Positions 11,779-23,699 are shown, numbered from the stretch's first letter. The stretch is DNA of 64,000 nt from Octopus bimaculoides (GCF_001194135.2 NC_069001.1:32679539-32743538); one strand, 5' to 3'. Numbers and translations are program-made. The notes: generated by a model not told the origin, from the sequence alone.

Positions 11779-12176
11779 CTGTGTTTCTGTTGAAGCATAT
11801 TTACACAGCAATATCATTATTACAATTGGGACTAAGTTCAGTGAGAATGTTGATGTCAAAGATAAAGCTGGGTAAGCTCTGTTGATGGCACCGACCAGAA
11901 GTACAAATATGGTGCCAGGTGAGATAAACGATATAGCCATCAATGCTGCTTGGTACATCAGGTAGATGAACGAGATGCTGTTGTTTTGTTTCACCACAGT
12001 CCTCCAGTTGCTCAGAATGTCATATGTGTTGGCCAGAGTTGATGGCATCCAACGTCGTCTTTGATTGAAGAACTCTTTGAAACCTTCAGGAGCAAAAGTC
12101 ATAGCATCTGCTGCAGCACAGTATTCCACACGGTAACCCCTCTTCAGTAAAAGTGTGCTCAACCAGCGATCTTCAC
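11779..12176 (-). CDS. CHS: Chitin synthase exon 11 (EDRWLSTLLL...FFNQRRRWMPSTLAN...ASTETQ)
   Basis: Catalytic GEDRW and QRRRW motifs; acceptor ttccag at 12177, donor CAG|GTAAGT at 11778. Confidence 0.98.
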
Positions 12177-12475
12177 CTGGAATGGAATTTTTGATTTTTA
12201 AAAAAATTTTAGTTGATACAATAATTAACAAAAAACAAAAAAAAAGACATGTAAAGTTCCAAAGGTGTCAGACCTAAATTTAATAAATTCATTTCATTTT
12301 TGCAATAAGATGTATTAATTACTGCATAGGGGGTGTGGCTTTGTGGTTAGGAAGTTACCTTCCTAAGTACGTAGTTTTAGGTTTAGTCCCACTGTGTGAC
12401 ACCGGGCTGAATAAAGCCTTGTGTGTGGGATTAAAAGGTTTCCTACCTAAGTATGTGGTCTTGGGTTCAATCCTG

Positions 12476-12507
<32 letters not shown>

Positions 12508-12510
<3 letters not shown>

Positions 12511-12890
12511 TGTAGGCATGGCTGTGTGGTAAAAGAGTTATTTCCCAACCACATGGTTCTGGGTTCAGTCCCACTGTGTGGAACCTTGGGCAAGTTTCTT
12601 CTACTATACCAACCAAAGCCTCGTGAGTGGATTTGGTAGATGGGAACTGAAAGAAGTCTGTTGTGTGTATATATATACATATTTATGTGTGTGTGTGTCT
12701 GTCTCCCCATCATCGTTTGACAACCGATGTTGGTGTATTTATGTCAGCAAAACTTAGCAGTTCAGCAAATGAGACCGATAGAATAAGTACTAGACTTACA
12801 AAGAATAAGTCCTGGGGTCGATTTCTTCAACTAAAAGCGGTGCTCCAGCATGACCACAGTCAAATGACTGAAATATGTAAAAGGGTGAAA
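12508..12890 (+). mobile_element. SINE family A (extra head fragment at ~12330 and extra 3' half at ~12900-13125)
   Basis: Aligns with the family A consensus. Confidence 0.82.
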
Positions 12891-13271
12891 GAGAATATAT
12901 ATATTTATTGCGTGTGTTTGTGTCTATGTTTTTACCACTGCCGCTTGACAACTGGTGTTGGTATGTTTATAAACCTGTAACTTAGCAGTTTGATAAAAGG
13001 GAATGATAAAATAAGCACCAGGCTTAAAGAAGAAAATAAATACCAGGGTTGATTCATTTGACTAAAAATTCTTCAAGGTGCTACCCCAGCATGGCTGCAA
13101 TCTAATGACTGAAACAAGTAAAAAAAATAAGATCTATTAAATAGACTATTCTCCTATTCTTTCTTACAAAATTTATTTGCCTTGGACCAAAACTACAAGA
13201 TATTGTTTGTTGTTAAGGCAGGTTTCATCTTTCACATTTTGTAGTCAAAGAAACAGGGAGAACAAAGTTAC

Positions 13272-13472
13272 CTTGATCTTTTTGCAAGTAGTCAATGGGT
13301 TGACTTGAGAGACTGGTGTAAGTGCTGAGAATATTGTCATCCATCAGTGCTGACCCACGGAACAGACTAAAACAACCTGGACTGCACAGGACACAACCCA
13401 TCACGTGTTCGGCAGATTTCTGTAACCAGTGGCTGATGGCGTATTCAAATTTCTGGTACCAGATCAGAGGAC
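13272..13472 (-). CDS. CHS: Chitin synthase exon 10 (PLIWYQKFEYAISHWLQKSAEHVMGCVLCSPGCFSLFR...QKDQ)
   Basis: QKFEY and CVLCSPGCFSLFR motifs; acceptor ttttag at 13473, donor G|GTAACT at 13271. Confidence 0.97.
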
Positions 13473-13502
13473 CTAAAAGAGATGATTTCCTTTTTACCAG
13501 AT

Positions 13503-13586
13503 ATACAAAGGAAAGAGAGGACAGAGGAAGGGAGAGAGACACAGGACGAGAGAGAAACAGGATGAGTGAGGATGAGAGCGACACAG

Positions 13587-13621
<35 letters not shown>

Positions 13622-13870
13622 ATGAGTGAGAGAGAGAGAGAGAGACACACAGGACAAGTGAGAGAGACAGAGAGACACAGGACAAGTGAGCACAAGAGAG
13701 AGAGAGTGATAACGAAAGAGAGAGAGAGAGTGATAACGAAAGAGAGAGACATGATAAGTGAAGGAGAGAGACAAGATGAGTGAAAAAGAGTCAGGATGGG
13801 AGCTGACATGAGCAAGAGAGAGAGGGACAAGATGAGAGACTGCAGGAGAGAGGTGGAGCATGATCAAAGA
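13503..13870. repeat. (GA)n-derived purine-rich degenerate microsatellite in CHS intron 9
   Basis: Repeated gagagaga interrupted by gacaggatgagt / gacaggac units. Confidence 0.9.
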
Positions 13871-13941
13871 AGATAAAAATGTACAGAAGAAATATTCTAG
13901 AAAATCCTGTCCCAGAAGGCTACATTAATAAAGGAGCTTAC

Positions 13942-14152
13942 CAGACCCAACAGGGTGGATTCTACCACATGCTGCACCAACATGAGGATCCTTTTTCATT
14001 CGATCGAGTAGTTTTAGAAGGGATGGAGGATGAAATTCAATATCACCATCCAAAGTAAGTAAGTAAGTGTTTTCGGCAATTGACTGTTTTAGATTGACTG
14101 GGCCATCAATGGACATGATGCGGTAACCAAGGATCCAGTACATATACATCAC
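13942..14152 (-). CDS. CHS: Chitin synthase exon 9 (VMYMYWILGYR...LTLDGDIEF...GAACGRIHPVGS)
   Basis: ORF 13925..14161; DxD (LDGD) and ACGRIHP motifs; acceptor ttacag at 14153, donor G|GTAAGC at 13941. Confidence 0.97.
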
Positions 14153-14216
14153 CTGTAACATTCAAATATTATACAAATTTTGTTGCTTGATGGCATGTGT
14201 GTGTATATACATGTAT

Positions 14217-14516
14217 AATCAAAATAAGCAACAATGATATCCAGAGGTAATGCAGTACAATCGTTTCATGCAACTCCATTTAATTGAACAATGTAATCAT
14301 TACATCAATTTAAAATGCAGAACAATCCTGAGCTGCGCAAAGACATAGAATTTAATTAAATCAGAACAGATGGACACATTAATATAATAATACCTAAAAT
14401 CTCCGAGAAGTTAAAGAGATAGAACATGTCTCTACTACATGGACTGCACAGGACACAACCTGCATGAAACGATCGTACTGCATTACCTCTGGATATCCTT
14501 GTTGCTTATTTTGATT
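14217..14516. repeat. 56-bp inverted repeat (2 mismatches) enclosing ~190 bp
   Basis: 14217-14272 is the reverse complement of 14461-14516. Confidence 0.92.
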
Positions 14517-14616
14517 TTAATCACCTTATTTTGAAATTGTATGGATAATACCGTACTAAATTCTGGTGCCTCAACTTAAGTACCATATTCACCTGAATCT
14601 AAATTTTTGCTCAACT

Positions 14617-14651
<35 letters not shown>

Positions 14652-15597
14652 NNNNNNNNNNNNNNNNNNNNNNNNNNNNNNNNNNNNNNNNNNNNNNNNN
14701 NNNNNNNNNNNNNNNNNNNNNNNNNNNNNNNNNNNNNNNNNNNNNNNNNNNNNNNNNNNNNNNNNNNNNNNNNNNNNNNNNNNNNNNNNNNNNNNNNNNN
14801 NNNNNNNNNNNNNNNNNNNNNNNNNNNNNNNNNNNNNNNNNNNNNNNNNNNNNNNNNNNNNNNNNNNNNNNNNNNNNNNNNNNNNNNNNNNNNNNNNNNN
14901 NNNNNNNNNNNNNNNNNNNNNNNNNNNNNNNNNNNNNNNNNNNNNNNNNNNNNNNNNNNNNNNNNNNNNNNNNNNNNNNNNNNNNNNNNNNNNNNNNNNN
15001 NNNNNNNNNNNNNNNNNNNNNNNNNNNNNNNNNNNNNNNNNNNNNNNNNNNNNNNNNNNNNNNNNNNNNNNNNNNNNNNNNNNNNNNNNNNNNNNNNNNN
15101 NNNNNNNNNNNNNNNNNNNNNNNNNNNNNNNNNNNNNNNNNNNNNNNNNNNNNNNNNNNNNNNNNNNNNNNNNNNNNNNNNNNNNNNNNNNNNNNNNNNN
15201 NNNNNNNNNNNNNNNNNNNNNNNNNNNNNNNNNNNNNNNNNNNNNNNNNNNNNNNNNNNNNNNNNNNNNNNNNNNNNNNNNNNNNNNNNNNNNNNNNNNN
15301 NNNNNNNNNNNNNNNNNNNNNNNNNNNNNNNNNNNNNNNNNNNNNNNNNNNNNNNNNNNNNNNNNNNNNNNNNNNNNNNNNNNNNNNNNNNNNNNNNNNN
15401 NNNNNNNNNNNNNNNNNNNNNNNNNNNNNNNNNNNNNNNNNNNNNNNTATATATATATATATATATATATATATGAGGTGTGTTCTGTTAAGAAGGTAAT
15501 GTTATTAAAATACTATTAATAACGTATGAAACCAATGCTTGTTAGTTTATAACAAGTTCTAGTGAAAACGAGAGCTAATGAATATTATACTACTTAC

Positions 15598-15751
15598 TTG
15601 ACTCCATCTCTTCTTGCTACGAATCTTCTGCTTATTTTTCATGTGAATCATGAACAAATTTCCACCTGGAAGAGTCCATTCCAAACGGCCACCATAAGGA
15701 GTGACATATTTAGTGGGAGGTTTCATACGAAGCACAACGTTATGTACACAG
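15598..15751 (-). CDS. CHS: Chitin synthase exon 8 (CVHNVVLRMKPPTKYVTPYGGRLEWTLPGG...IRSKKRWSQ)
   Basis: TPYGGRL and KRWSQ motifs; acceptor acccag at 15752, donor CAA|GTAAGT at 15597. Confidence 0.96.
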
Positions 15752-16409
15752 CTGGGTAAAAGAAAAGTGTCTATGAATTTCTGTATCTATGTTCATCCAT
15801 TTCATTTTTGTTCTCATTTTTCTTTATAACACCAACTGATGTCTTATGAGTAACATGTTAAATAGTCAAAAGTAAGTTGTGCTTCAACAATGTTTCTTAA
15901 TAATGCCAAACGTGTGTTATATACATAATATATACAGTTTATTGTAATGTCCTATGTTAAGTGTGTGAATAATGAAATTGCCAAGAAAATAAAAACTGGG
16001 AGATCTCATGCATATAGGAGATGGCCTTTGTCCACAACAAGAATTATCTCTTTGAGAGTAAGTTGAGGGGTGAGAAACCAGGAAACTAGCCCTTTGCTCC
16101 TTCCAGAGTAATGTGGACTAACTATGTAGTTGTAAGCAGAACCTTCTAGTTTTAACCCAGGAGAACATTGAGAATGTGACAGCTGAAGATGAAGAGTAGA
16201 GAGGATTGCGTCAAGAGTCCAACACCTTAACCACTAGCAGACTCAGACAACAAAGTGCAACTGTTTGGAAGCTGGTGACTTGGCAGGGCTGACTGGATAT
16301 TTCAGTGCCAGTACATTGTGGTGCTGGAAGTAAACATACTCACAGAAATATACACACATATAAATGGAAAGATAGAGACAGCATGATGACAGTCTATGAC
16401 TCACTTCAC

Positions 16410-16793
16410 CAGTGGTGCAGCTAGGGATGAGGGCAGTCTACCTAGGCAATCCTTTTATAAGGGCAACACTTTTGGGTCTGCTGTTTAACCCTTTTGATAT
16501 CAACCCGACAGAAACCACCTCTGACTTTGTAGTACAAATGTCTTGTTTTCATAAGTTTTGAACTAAAATCTTCCACCAAACCTTAGTCACAATTTATGTT
16601 CCTAACACTAGCTTAATGATAACTTAGTTATTTTACTAAATTCTTTGTTATATTTAAAATTAATTGACAGAAACACAGAGCATCTCAACAGAAATATGGT
16701 AACAAAAGGGGTTAAACCTGTATAGAAGCAAGGAGAAGAGTGCAGTGAACTGAAAGGTTGCCCTCAGTGGCACACACACTAGCTGCACCACTG
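16410..16793. mobile_element. hAT-like MITE with a nested piggyBac-like MITE
   Basis: Perfect 15-bp TIRs CAGTGGTGCAGCTAG / CTAGCTGCACCACTG; degenerate 8-bp flanks cacttcac / cactgtac. Confidence 0.78.
16489..16711 (+). mobile_element. piggyBac-like MITE family M2
   Basis: TTAA at 16485-88 and 16712-15; termini CCCTTTTGATA / TAACAAAAGGGG. Confidence 0.8.
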
Positions 16794-16865
16794 CACTGTA
16801 CCACACACCTGCAACTGTGACTATAAGGTTGTTTAAGGTAAAATAGTTAAATAATTGTTACATAC

Positions 16866-16956
16866 CTCAGAGCTGAATCCATGACGCTCATTAATTGCTT
16901 AACAAAATAATTGATCTGGCCATCTTTGTCAAAGGCATCATCTATTATAAGGTGAG
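16866..16956 (-). CDS. CHS: Chitin synthase exon 7 (AHLIIDDAFDKDGQINYFVKQLMSVMDSAL)
   Basis: 'HxxxDDAF' and 'NxFVKxL' motifs; acceptor cttacag at 16957, donor AG|GTATG at 16865. Confidence 0.92.
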
Positions 16957-17920
16957 CTGTAAGAACAACATGTAAAAGGAAATTGGAGTTTTTTGTTTAA
17001 TCGTTAAATGGGAGAGGACATCAATTGATGTTTCATTAGAGAAAAATATCATTAATTGAGGTTTAAACATTTTTTAATGGATACATTAGAAAAATGAATA
17101 TTTGACCACTATTTTTGATAACATTAACGTTTTTATTTTTCTTGTCTTTGGTCAGTAAGCGTTGTTTCCTATTTGAAATCAAAGGAAATGACTATTACGT
17201 TCTTCAGACTTTGCTTTTGTGACATGAACATCAATGTTGTGAAACTGACCTATTTTCCATTAGATTTGAGATGGATTCAGTGCTGAATTACTGAAGCAGA
17301 ATGATTGAAGTAAATATTCTGCTCAATACGACTGATTTGCTTGTCAGTTGCTTTAGCCTAACCATTTGAGCATGTCCCTTAGTGGCAGACAATGTGTGCA
17401 TCTCTGATTATAAGCAGGAGTTGTAAGGGAGCATCACAGCCATGTGTTGAAAGGGATTCTTAGGGGTCTGAATAAATGTAAAAAAAACAACAAAGTTTGA
17501 AGGAACTATTAGCCACTTTTCAGACTTTCCAGGGGTAAGCAAATAAGAAATAACAGTTACCACCCAAGGACAAAAATCATGTTACACAGTGTAATAGGGT
17601 CACTCATTTTATTGTGCAAGAGACTAACAATTACCATAGTTTCTTGTACGTATTTAAGGTGAAAGTAAGCATATTTTTTGTTTTTTACTCACTTAGCACA
17701 TACATCAGTGCAACAGTTTCCTACTATTTAAGGGCTCACTCATCAGTCAAAAAAGCATGAGTGAGAAAGAGAGAGAAAAAACGTGAGTGAGAAAGAGAGA
17801 GAGAGCAGAGAGAAAGAGTGTGAATAAAAAGAGAAAGGGCAAGAAAGAGCGCATGCGAAAGTGGATGAGAAAGAGAAAAAAACACGTGAAAGCCCTTAAA
17901 AGTAACGCAATAATTGTCAC

Positions 17921-18000
17921 CTTCAAATGTATAATAGTCTGGATCAACAAGGTCAAAATACAGTCGTGCATGGCGGCGAGCACACTGATCAATGTCCAAT
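17921..18000 (-). CDS. CHS: Chitin synthase exon 6 (LDIDQCARRHARLYFDLVDPDYYTFE)
   Basis: Matches the CHS 'DxDQxARR...DPDYYxFE' motif; acceptor tcacag at 18001; donor G|GTGACA (weak) but phase 1 restores FEAH with exon 7. Confidence 0.9.
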
Positions 18001-18350
18001 CTGTGATAAAAACAGAAGAATTTAATTATAAGAATTAGTGTGAAAATAAGAAACAGAATGGAAACAGATCTGTTCTGGTTAAAACCAGTGGAGCAGCGGA
18101 TCTGGTAAGACAATAGACAAAATGTCTGGCCATAATCAGTAGCATCTCTTTAATTTAGTACTTAAATCATGCTGAGGTCGATTTTGTCGTGTATTCCTCC
18201 AGGCACGGCGAAAATAAATAGGTAACAATAATATGCACATGTTTGCACGTTGGCGTCACCAAAATTGCAACGACTTATTTGTAGCAAATAAATGACATCA
18301 GAAGAATATTATCAATTGATTAAACCCTTTATTTTCATCTTTACAATGTA

Positions 18351-18396
18351 AGCTAACTATAGAAGGGGAAAATATTTTCCCCTTCTATAGTTAGCT
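18351..18396. repeat. Perfect 46-bp palindrome
   Basis: AGCTAACTATAGAAGGGGAAAAT|ATTTTCCCCTTCTATAGTTAGCT with no spacer. Confidence 0.97.
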
Positions 18397-19228
18397 AAGT
18401 AAATTCTTCCTAGTAACGCCACACTGGTTGTTGTTCGTACCATTGATAACTTCAACTAAATATTTCCGATCTTCTCCATGTAAGCGTGTACATTATTATT
18501 ATTATTATTTCTCAACTAAATATCGTGTACCTTGTTTTACCATTAACTTGCGTTAATATCCGTATAATAGTATAATATATTACTAGGCTATGATGCTTTA
18601 TTTACTTTTTATATTTACTTTCTTCGCTTTATATTAGTATGTTATCAGTTTTTTCCTTAAGGAGAAATTTTTTTATATTTGATGAACTCTCTTGATTCTC
18701 TCCCTCCCTCCACTTTTGAAGTAGCATTTAGCTTTCGACTTTAGCTTACTTTACTGTGATCTATTTTGCCCCCCCCCCATTTTAATCATTTAATTTAAAC
18801 CTTTAGTATAGCGTTTACAGCCCCCTCCCTTTATAACTCGTAAGTTACCTCATCATTTCGCATTTGTCTTGCTTCTATATGTTGGTTCCCTGATGATAAA
18901 TATATGTGGAATTCCAGCAGCTCTTACTTCTTTGGAGTAGAGTACACATATATTTTGAAACATATGTAGGAATTAAAGGAACTTTTATTTATATGTGTTT
19001 TGCTCCATTTATTGTTATTATTCATATATATATATTGTATATAATTAAAAGTATTTCTCTTTGATAACCCTTGTACATATATTTCCATTATAAATATTTT
19101 TAAAATATTTAAAAATAAATATCTAACAATTCCTCGACAACTGAAATCTAAAATCGTCTTTAATACACACATGCGCGCGCGTACTTGTATTTGTGTTGGA
19201 CATCCTTATAATTTCAAATGAGGCTCAC

Positions 19229-19383
19229 CTGAAGATCGACTTCAGAAGTTTCATCATCTCGATCTCACTTTCATGCCACAGAGTAACACAGACAAAAATC
19301 CTTGGTTTCATTACATCAGCCAGACCTAAATTAATAGAAGCGCTTTCTGTACTGGGGTAAGAACTCCGCGAATAATTTCGAAT
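19229..19383 (-). CDS. CHS: Chitin synthase exon 5 (IRNYSRSS...PRIFVCVTLWHESEIEMMKLLKSIFR)
   Basis: Contains the C(A/V)T(M/L)WHE motif; phase-0 acceptor cgacag at 19384 (in-frame stop just upstream at 19402-19404); donor AG|GTGAGC at 19228. Confidence 0.88.
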
Positions 19384-19609
19384 CTGTCGATAAATGAAGC
19401 TTTATTATTATAACAGCATGAACAAAATGGCGGTAACACTTTCTGCTTTTCGTTACTTTTAAAAAGAGTGAAGTGCGAATTTATTTTTGGTTCAAAGTTG
19501 GATAAAAATCGTTTTTATGAAATATGTATGACGAGATGTAATTGACTGACCGTGTAATCTGTACAGAAGGCTTATGGCCCAGTGGTTAGGGCATTTATTT
19601 CTTTATTGC

Positions 19610-19925
19610 CGACAGGGGGCTAACATAGAGGTGACAAAAGGATTAAGTCGATTACATCGACCCCGAAAGAATGAAAGGCAAAGTCGACCTTGGTGGAATT
19701 TGAACTCAGAACAAATACCGCTAAGCATTTCGCCCGGTGTGCTAACGATTCTGCCAGTTCGCCGCCCTCCCAGTGGTTACGGTATTGCACTCGCGATTCC
19801 AAGATCGTGGTTTCGATTCACGGTCGGCATGTTGTGTTCTTGAGCAAGACATTTCATTTTGCTTCAGTCCACTGATTTGTAAATGAGTAACCCCGCGAAG
19901 GACTGGCGTCTCATTCAGGTGGAAT
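19610..19925. mobile_element. Back-to-back SINE family B (-) and SINE family E (+)
   Basis: gaatgaaaggcaaagtcgacc..tttgaactcag (B); gtggtta..ggtttcgattc..ttgagcaagacatttcattt (E). Confidence 0.65.
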
Positions 19926-20649
19926 GTTGTGATCTTCAATAAACACAGGATTTGTATGTACACACATACATAGAATTATATATATGTATATATATCTTAT
20001 TCATTTACTTTACCCTATTACCAATTATATTCTAACCGATCCGTTAACCCTTCACCCACACAAAATAATAACTCCTTAGTCTGCTTGCATGAACAGAAAG
20101 ATCAGCATGCGATATCTTAATGTATATCTTTTTCTCTGATAAAATTTTGCTCATAACATATAAATACAAATTTATAGCATAAATTTGTAATTTTCCTATT
20201 GAGCACTAATGGAAACGGGTGTAAGAAGTAAAGATGACCAATTTTTAAATAATAAATAATTATCTTAACTCTCCATTTTCTTTCCTTCATTTAACTGAAC
20301 ATTAACAGACAGTTCGTCGCAGGGTTACTCATATACAGCAGAACAGTCTGGCACAAAGGATCTCCCGCTCCGGGAATCGAACCCACGATCTTACGGTCGT
20401 GAGTGGAACACCCTAACCACTAAGCCAGTCGCATTCACTTTAGTCTTTCCAAATCATTCGAATGTTAGCTTAAAGACTTCTCTTGGAAGTTCGAGAACAA
20501 TTAAGTAGAAAACATTAAGAAGATCAATAACTATTCCAGAATACAACTCAATAATAAGGATAGTTCGGGTAATCCATAATGTTTATAAGAAAGTTAGAAT
20601 GTATTAATCGATGTATCATCAATCATTTGTATAAACGAACAATTCTTAC

Positions 20650-20749
20650 TCTTGATTCGATTGATTTGAATCGAAAATCGTTCCGTCGTTTGTTGAGAAA
20701 CAGGAATTGTTCCAAGTTGATGGCACAATACATTGGTTTGACAAACAAC
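20650..20749 (-). CDS. CHS: Chitin synthase exon 4 (LFVKPMYCAINLEQFLFLNKRRND...ESR)
   Basis: Acceptor ttccag at 20750, donor AGA|GTAAGA at 20649; matches the CHS 'LFxxPxY...LNRRR' motif; phase 2 in, phase 0 out. Confidence 0.92.
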
Positions 20750-20974
20750 CTGGAAAACAAACATCAACAGCAACAGATCATTGCTTTTGTTTACCGGCGG
20801 GAAAAAAAACCCGCCCAAAACAATAAAACTATTTATACTGAACAAATGTGATGTAACCAGTGGTGTAGCTAATGGGGGAGCAAGGGGAGCGACCGCATCC
20901 CACCAAGGACATTTAAAAAAAAACTCTTTAATTAACTATATCAGTAGTTGTAAGCTTCATACATAATGAGATCT

Positions 20975-21160
20975 TTACTGAAACAGAGAGAGGGTGGGGG
21001 GAGAGAGAGAGAATTACGATAGGCTTCTAGTTTCCGACTACCAAATCCACTCACAAGGCTTTGGTCGGCTCGAGGCGATAGAAGACTCTTGCCCAAGTTG
21101 CCTCGCGGTGGGACTGAACGCAGAGCCATGTGGTTAGGAAGCAAGCTCCTTACCACACCC
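20975..21160 (-). mobile_element. SINE family A, 5' half
   Basis: ccaaatccactcacaaggctttgg...gggactgaac..cttaccacacc. Confidence 0.75.
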
Positions 21161-21589
21161 ATAAGTACTTGTACATAACAATGAATTAGAGCAGATTATA
21201 AGAGGTTCTGGACTAACAATGTCTAGAAAATCGATGCTGTACCTGTATCAATATTTTGTTATTCCTCTGAGACATCGTGTACTTACTCGTTATAAGCTAA
21301 CTACGTCATCAACCTATTGACAAAAGCTAAGTTCTAAAGTCTTTATGTCCCGTTCTCTATTAGTCTTCTGTTATAATAAGTATTTTCGTCTAGAATACGT
21401 CAGAAGAATATTATATCAACTCCAGTACTTAAGACTGGATGGAAATCGATAAAAAGGCAGTTGATTGCATTAATTTCGTCCGACGTTTTAGCCATTCTGC
21501 CAGTTTACTGTACGTGGACAAGTTTCTGAATCTTTGGCTCCCTATCCCGATTGAAAACTAAAATTGCAGGGTTTGTGCACCCCATCTTT

Positions 21590-22000
21590 GTTGGCAGTGG
21601 TCAATTCACAGACTCTCCACGTCATCTCCACTCCGTTGACTATGGTCAGTTTACTGCTTCTCTAAGTCCCCACTCTGTTGACTGTGGTCAATTCACAGGC
21701 TGACTACGCCCAGCCTCTTGTTGACAATCGTCAACTTACAGGCTCTTTGCGTGCACTCCCTGTCGATAATGGTCAACATACAGGGTTTCTATGTTCCCCA
21801 CCTTGCTGCCAATGGTCAGCTTAGTCTCTACATCAACTCCCTGTTGACAGTGGTCAACTTACAAGCTCATTACACCCTCCTCTTTGTTGACAATGATCAA
21901 ATTACAAGGTCTCTAAGGCTATTCCCTGTTGAGTGTTCAAATTACAAGTCAATGTCTTCCCCCAGTTGACAAATTCCCTCTTTTGACGGTGGTCATGTTA
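21590..22000. repeat. Degenerate ~42-43-bp tandem array with a conserved dyad GTTGAC-N4-GTCAA
   Basis: Units start near 21590, 21635, 21677, 21720, 21762, 21805, 21843, 21886, 21928 and 21965. Confidence 0.88.
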
Positions 22001-22352
22001 CATCAAGTATGCCAAACATTCGGCCTTTTTCAAACACGAGTTCAGCCCGCGTGTGGCGTAAGCTAGAGCTTTAAAAACGGAGAACCCAAAAGCTTTTTAA
22101 AACGAAAAATAATCAATAATAATTTAATAAAAATACGATTTGAAGGTTTTGAAAGATTTTTTCACTGCTCTTACTACCAAGTCGAACGACCACGCAAATG
22201 CTCCTTCAATCTGTTATGTTTGTAATTAAATTTGACCACAGTCAGCAGAGGAAGTGGATGAACAGATCCTATAACACACGCGTTTCAAAATGCAGTCTCT
22301 AAGATACAAACTATAACAAGAATTACAAGAAGAACGTAGTGGAGAATCTTAC

Positions 22353-23260
22353 TTTTCAGATGATGCCAGTCTCTCTGTCTTGGACCTAAAGATTTGGTTT
22401 GCAACAATCAATAACGATATTACCCAAATGACTCCCAAGAGTATGTGTTCTTTCTCAACGCTGCATTCCATGTACTCGCTCCAATAACTAGTCTGAATCC
22501 ATTGAAAAGTTCCCAGTATATTTGTCCATTGCAATTTATTTATTTTGATAGCAGACAAAATAATCATTGCCAGAGGTGTCAACACTGCTAATGGTAAGAC
22601 AAAGCAAGGAATCTGGCAAAGTATTCTACAAGCTAACTTAACGCATTGATAGCACAAAAAGCTCGAGAGTAGATTGATCAGAGCAGTTATGAGGGGTTCG
22701 TCACGATCGCCAGAGTTTTTCAAGTTTAACAAACCACCTAGACAACCATCAGCGATTTTCCTACGATAGAAAAGTATTTTAAAACAGTCTCCATCTTTTC
22801 CACCCACGGTGAACACAACTAAGAGGAAACTGAGGATGGCTTTCCAGATTGTTACAATTAGGTACGTCCTTGTACGAGTTTTTTGCAAGTTTTTCCTTAA
22901 AACCGACAGCTTTTTCAGGATATTACTTGATGGCTTTACGGCAAGATAATTATCCCACCACTGGAACGATATGAAAATTAGAGACAGTGGTAAGATTAAA
23001 TTCAAATAACACAAACGGCCATCATTTACAGGGCGTACAAGAACCCAGTAGAATATAATGCTCGATTGTCCAAAAATGGCCAACCAATCGAAGAGCTGGA
23101 TTATAGGTTTTTGTTGCTTCTGTTCCATGACTTTAAAAACACTTGGTAAAATACCAATTCCCTCCAAAACAAGTAATGCTTGGGTTACTTCCAATTGTGG
23201 TAAGGCCAAATACGCCAGCACAAACAAACCAGTCGAATGAAAGCTTTCTACAGCCATCAC
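22353..23260 (-). CDS. CHS: Chitin synthase exon 3 (VMAVESFHSTG...RTERLASSEK), multi-TM domain A
   Basis: ORF 22349..23260; acceptor ttttag at 23261, donor AA|GTAAG at 22352; WWDNY and TERLA motifs. Confidence 0.93.
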
Positions 23261-23699
23261 CTAAAATGATAGAAATATGTACAATATTATTTGAAAGAAT
23301 AAGAAATATTGGTTTTAGTTTCAGCTGAACAGAAGACAACAGAAAGAAAAATTATTGAAGATCAAACAAAACAAAAATAATGGTAGCGATATGTGTTCAA
23401 ATATCTAAACAAAACTTGCGATATAACGGCTTAGAAATCGGTAGCACTTCAAGATATCACCATTATTCCGAATGAAACCACTCTAAGATATTACGGGTAT
23501 TTCATTTAAAAAAAATTATCAAGAGCCATTATAGGCTCTCTTAGATTCACACAACTGGATGACGAATGATGTTTAAATTGAATTGCTTCAACTTAAATTT
23601 GCATGGTTGATATTTACACTGAATTGTTAAACAGGGAAGCAGAGAACGGAGGAAATGAAAGAGTTCACCGTAGACTATGTTGATGGTGGACTGTAGGAA

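Noticed and set aside
13322-13867. R/E-rich and S/L-rich ORFs
   Set aside because: Translations of the (GA)n tract; only 13272-13472 is coding.
14566-15519. Long ORFs full of X (also at 26.2, 41.5, 45.4, 48.0, 50.7, 56.2 and 60.7-61.6 kb)
   Set aside because: They only span N-gaps and dinucleotide repeats.
17280-17480. Probable additional interspersed repeat in CHS intron 6
   Set aside because: Looks familiar but has no second copy or diagnostic termini in this window, so it was not called.
17736-17920. Extension of CHS exon 6 through the (TC)n tract to a donor at ~17740
   Set aside because: The donor at 17920 restores the conserved FEAH junction; the extension is low-complexity.
19325-19330. 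Alternative acceptor tttag at 19326 for CHS exon 5
   Set aside because: Needs phase 1 but exon 4 ends in phase 0; the acceptor at 19384 fits.
21590-22000. CRISPR array
   Set aside because: Intron of an animal gene, repeats are degenerate, spacers are short and mutually similar, and there are no cas genes.
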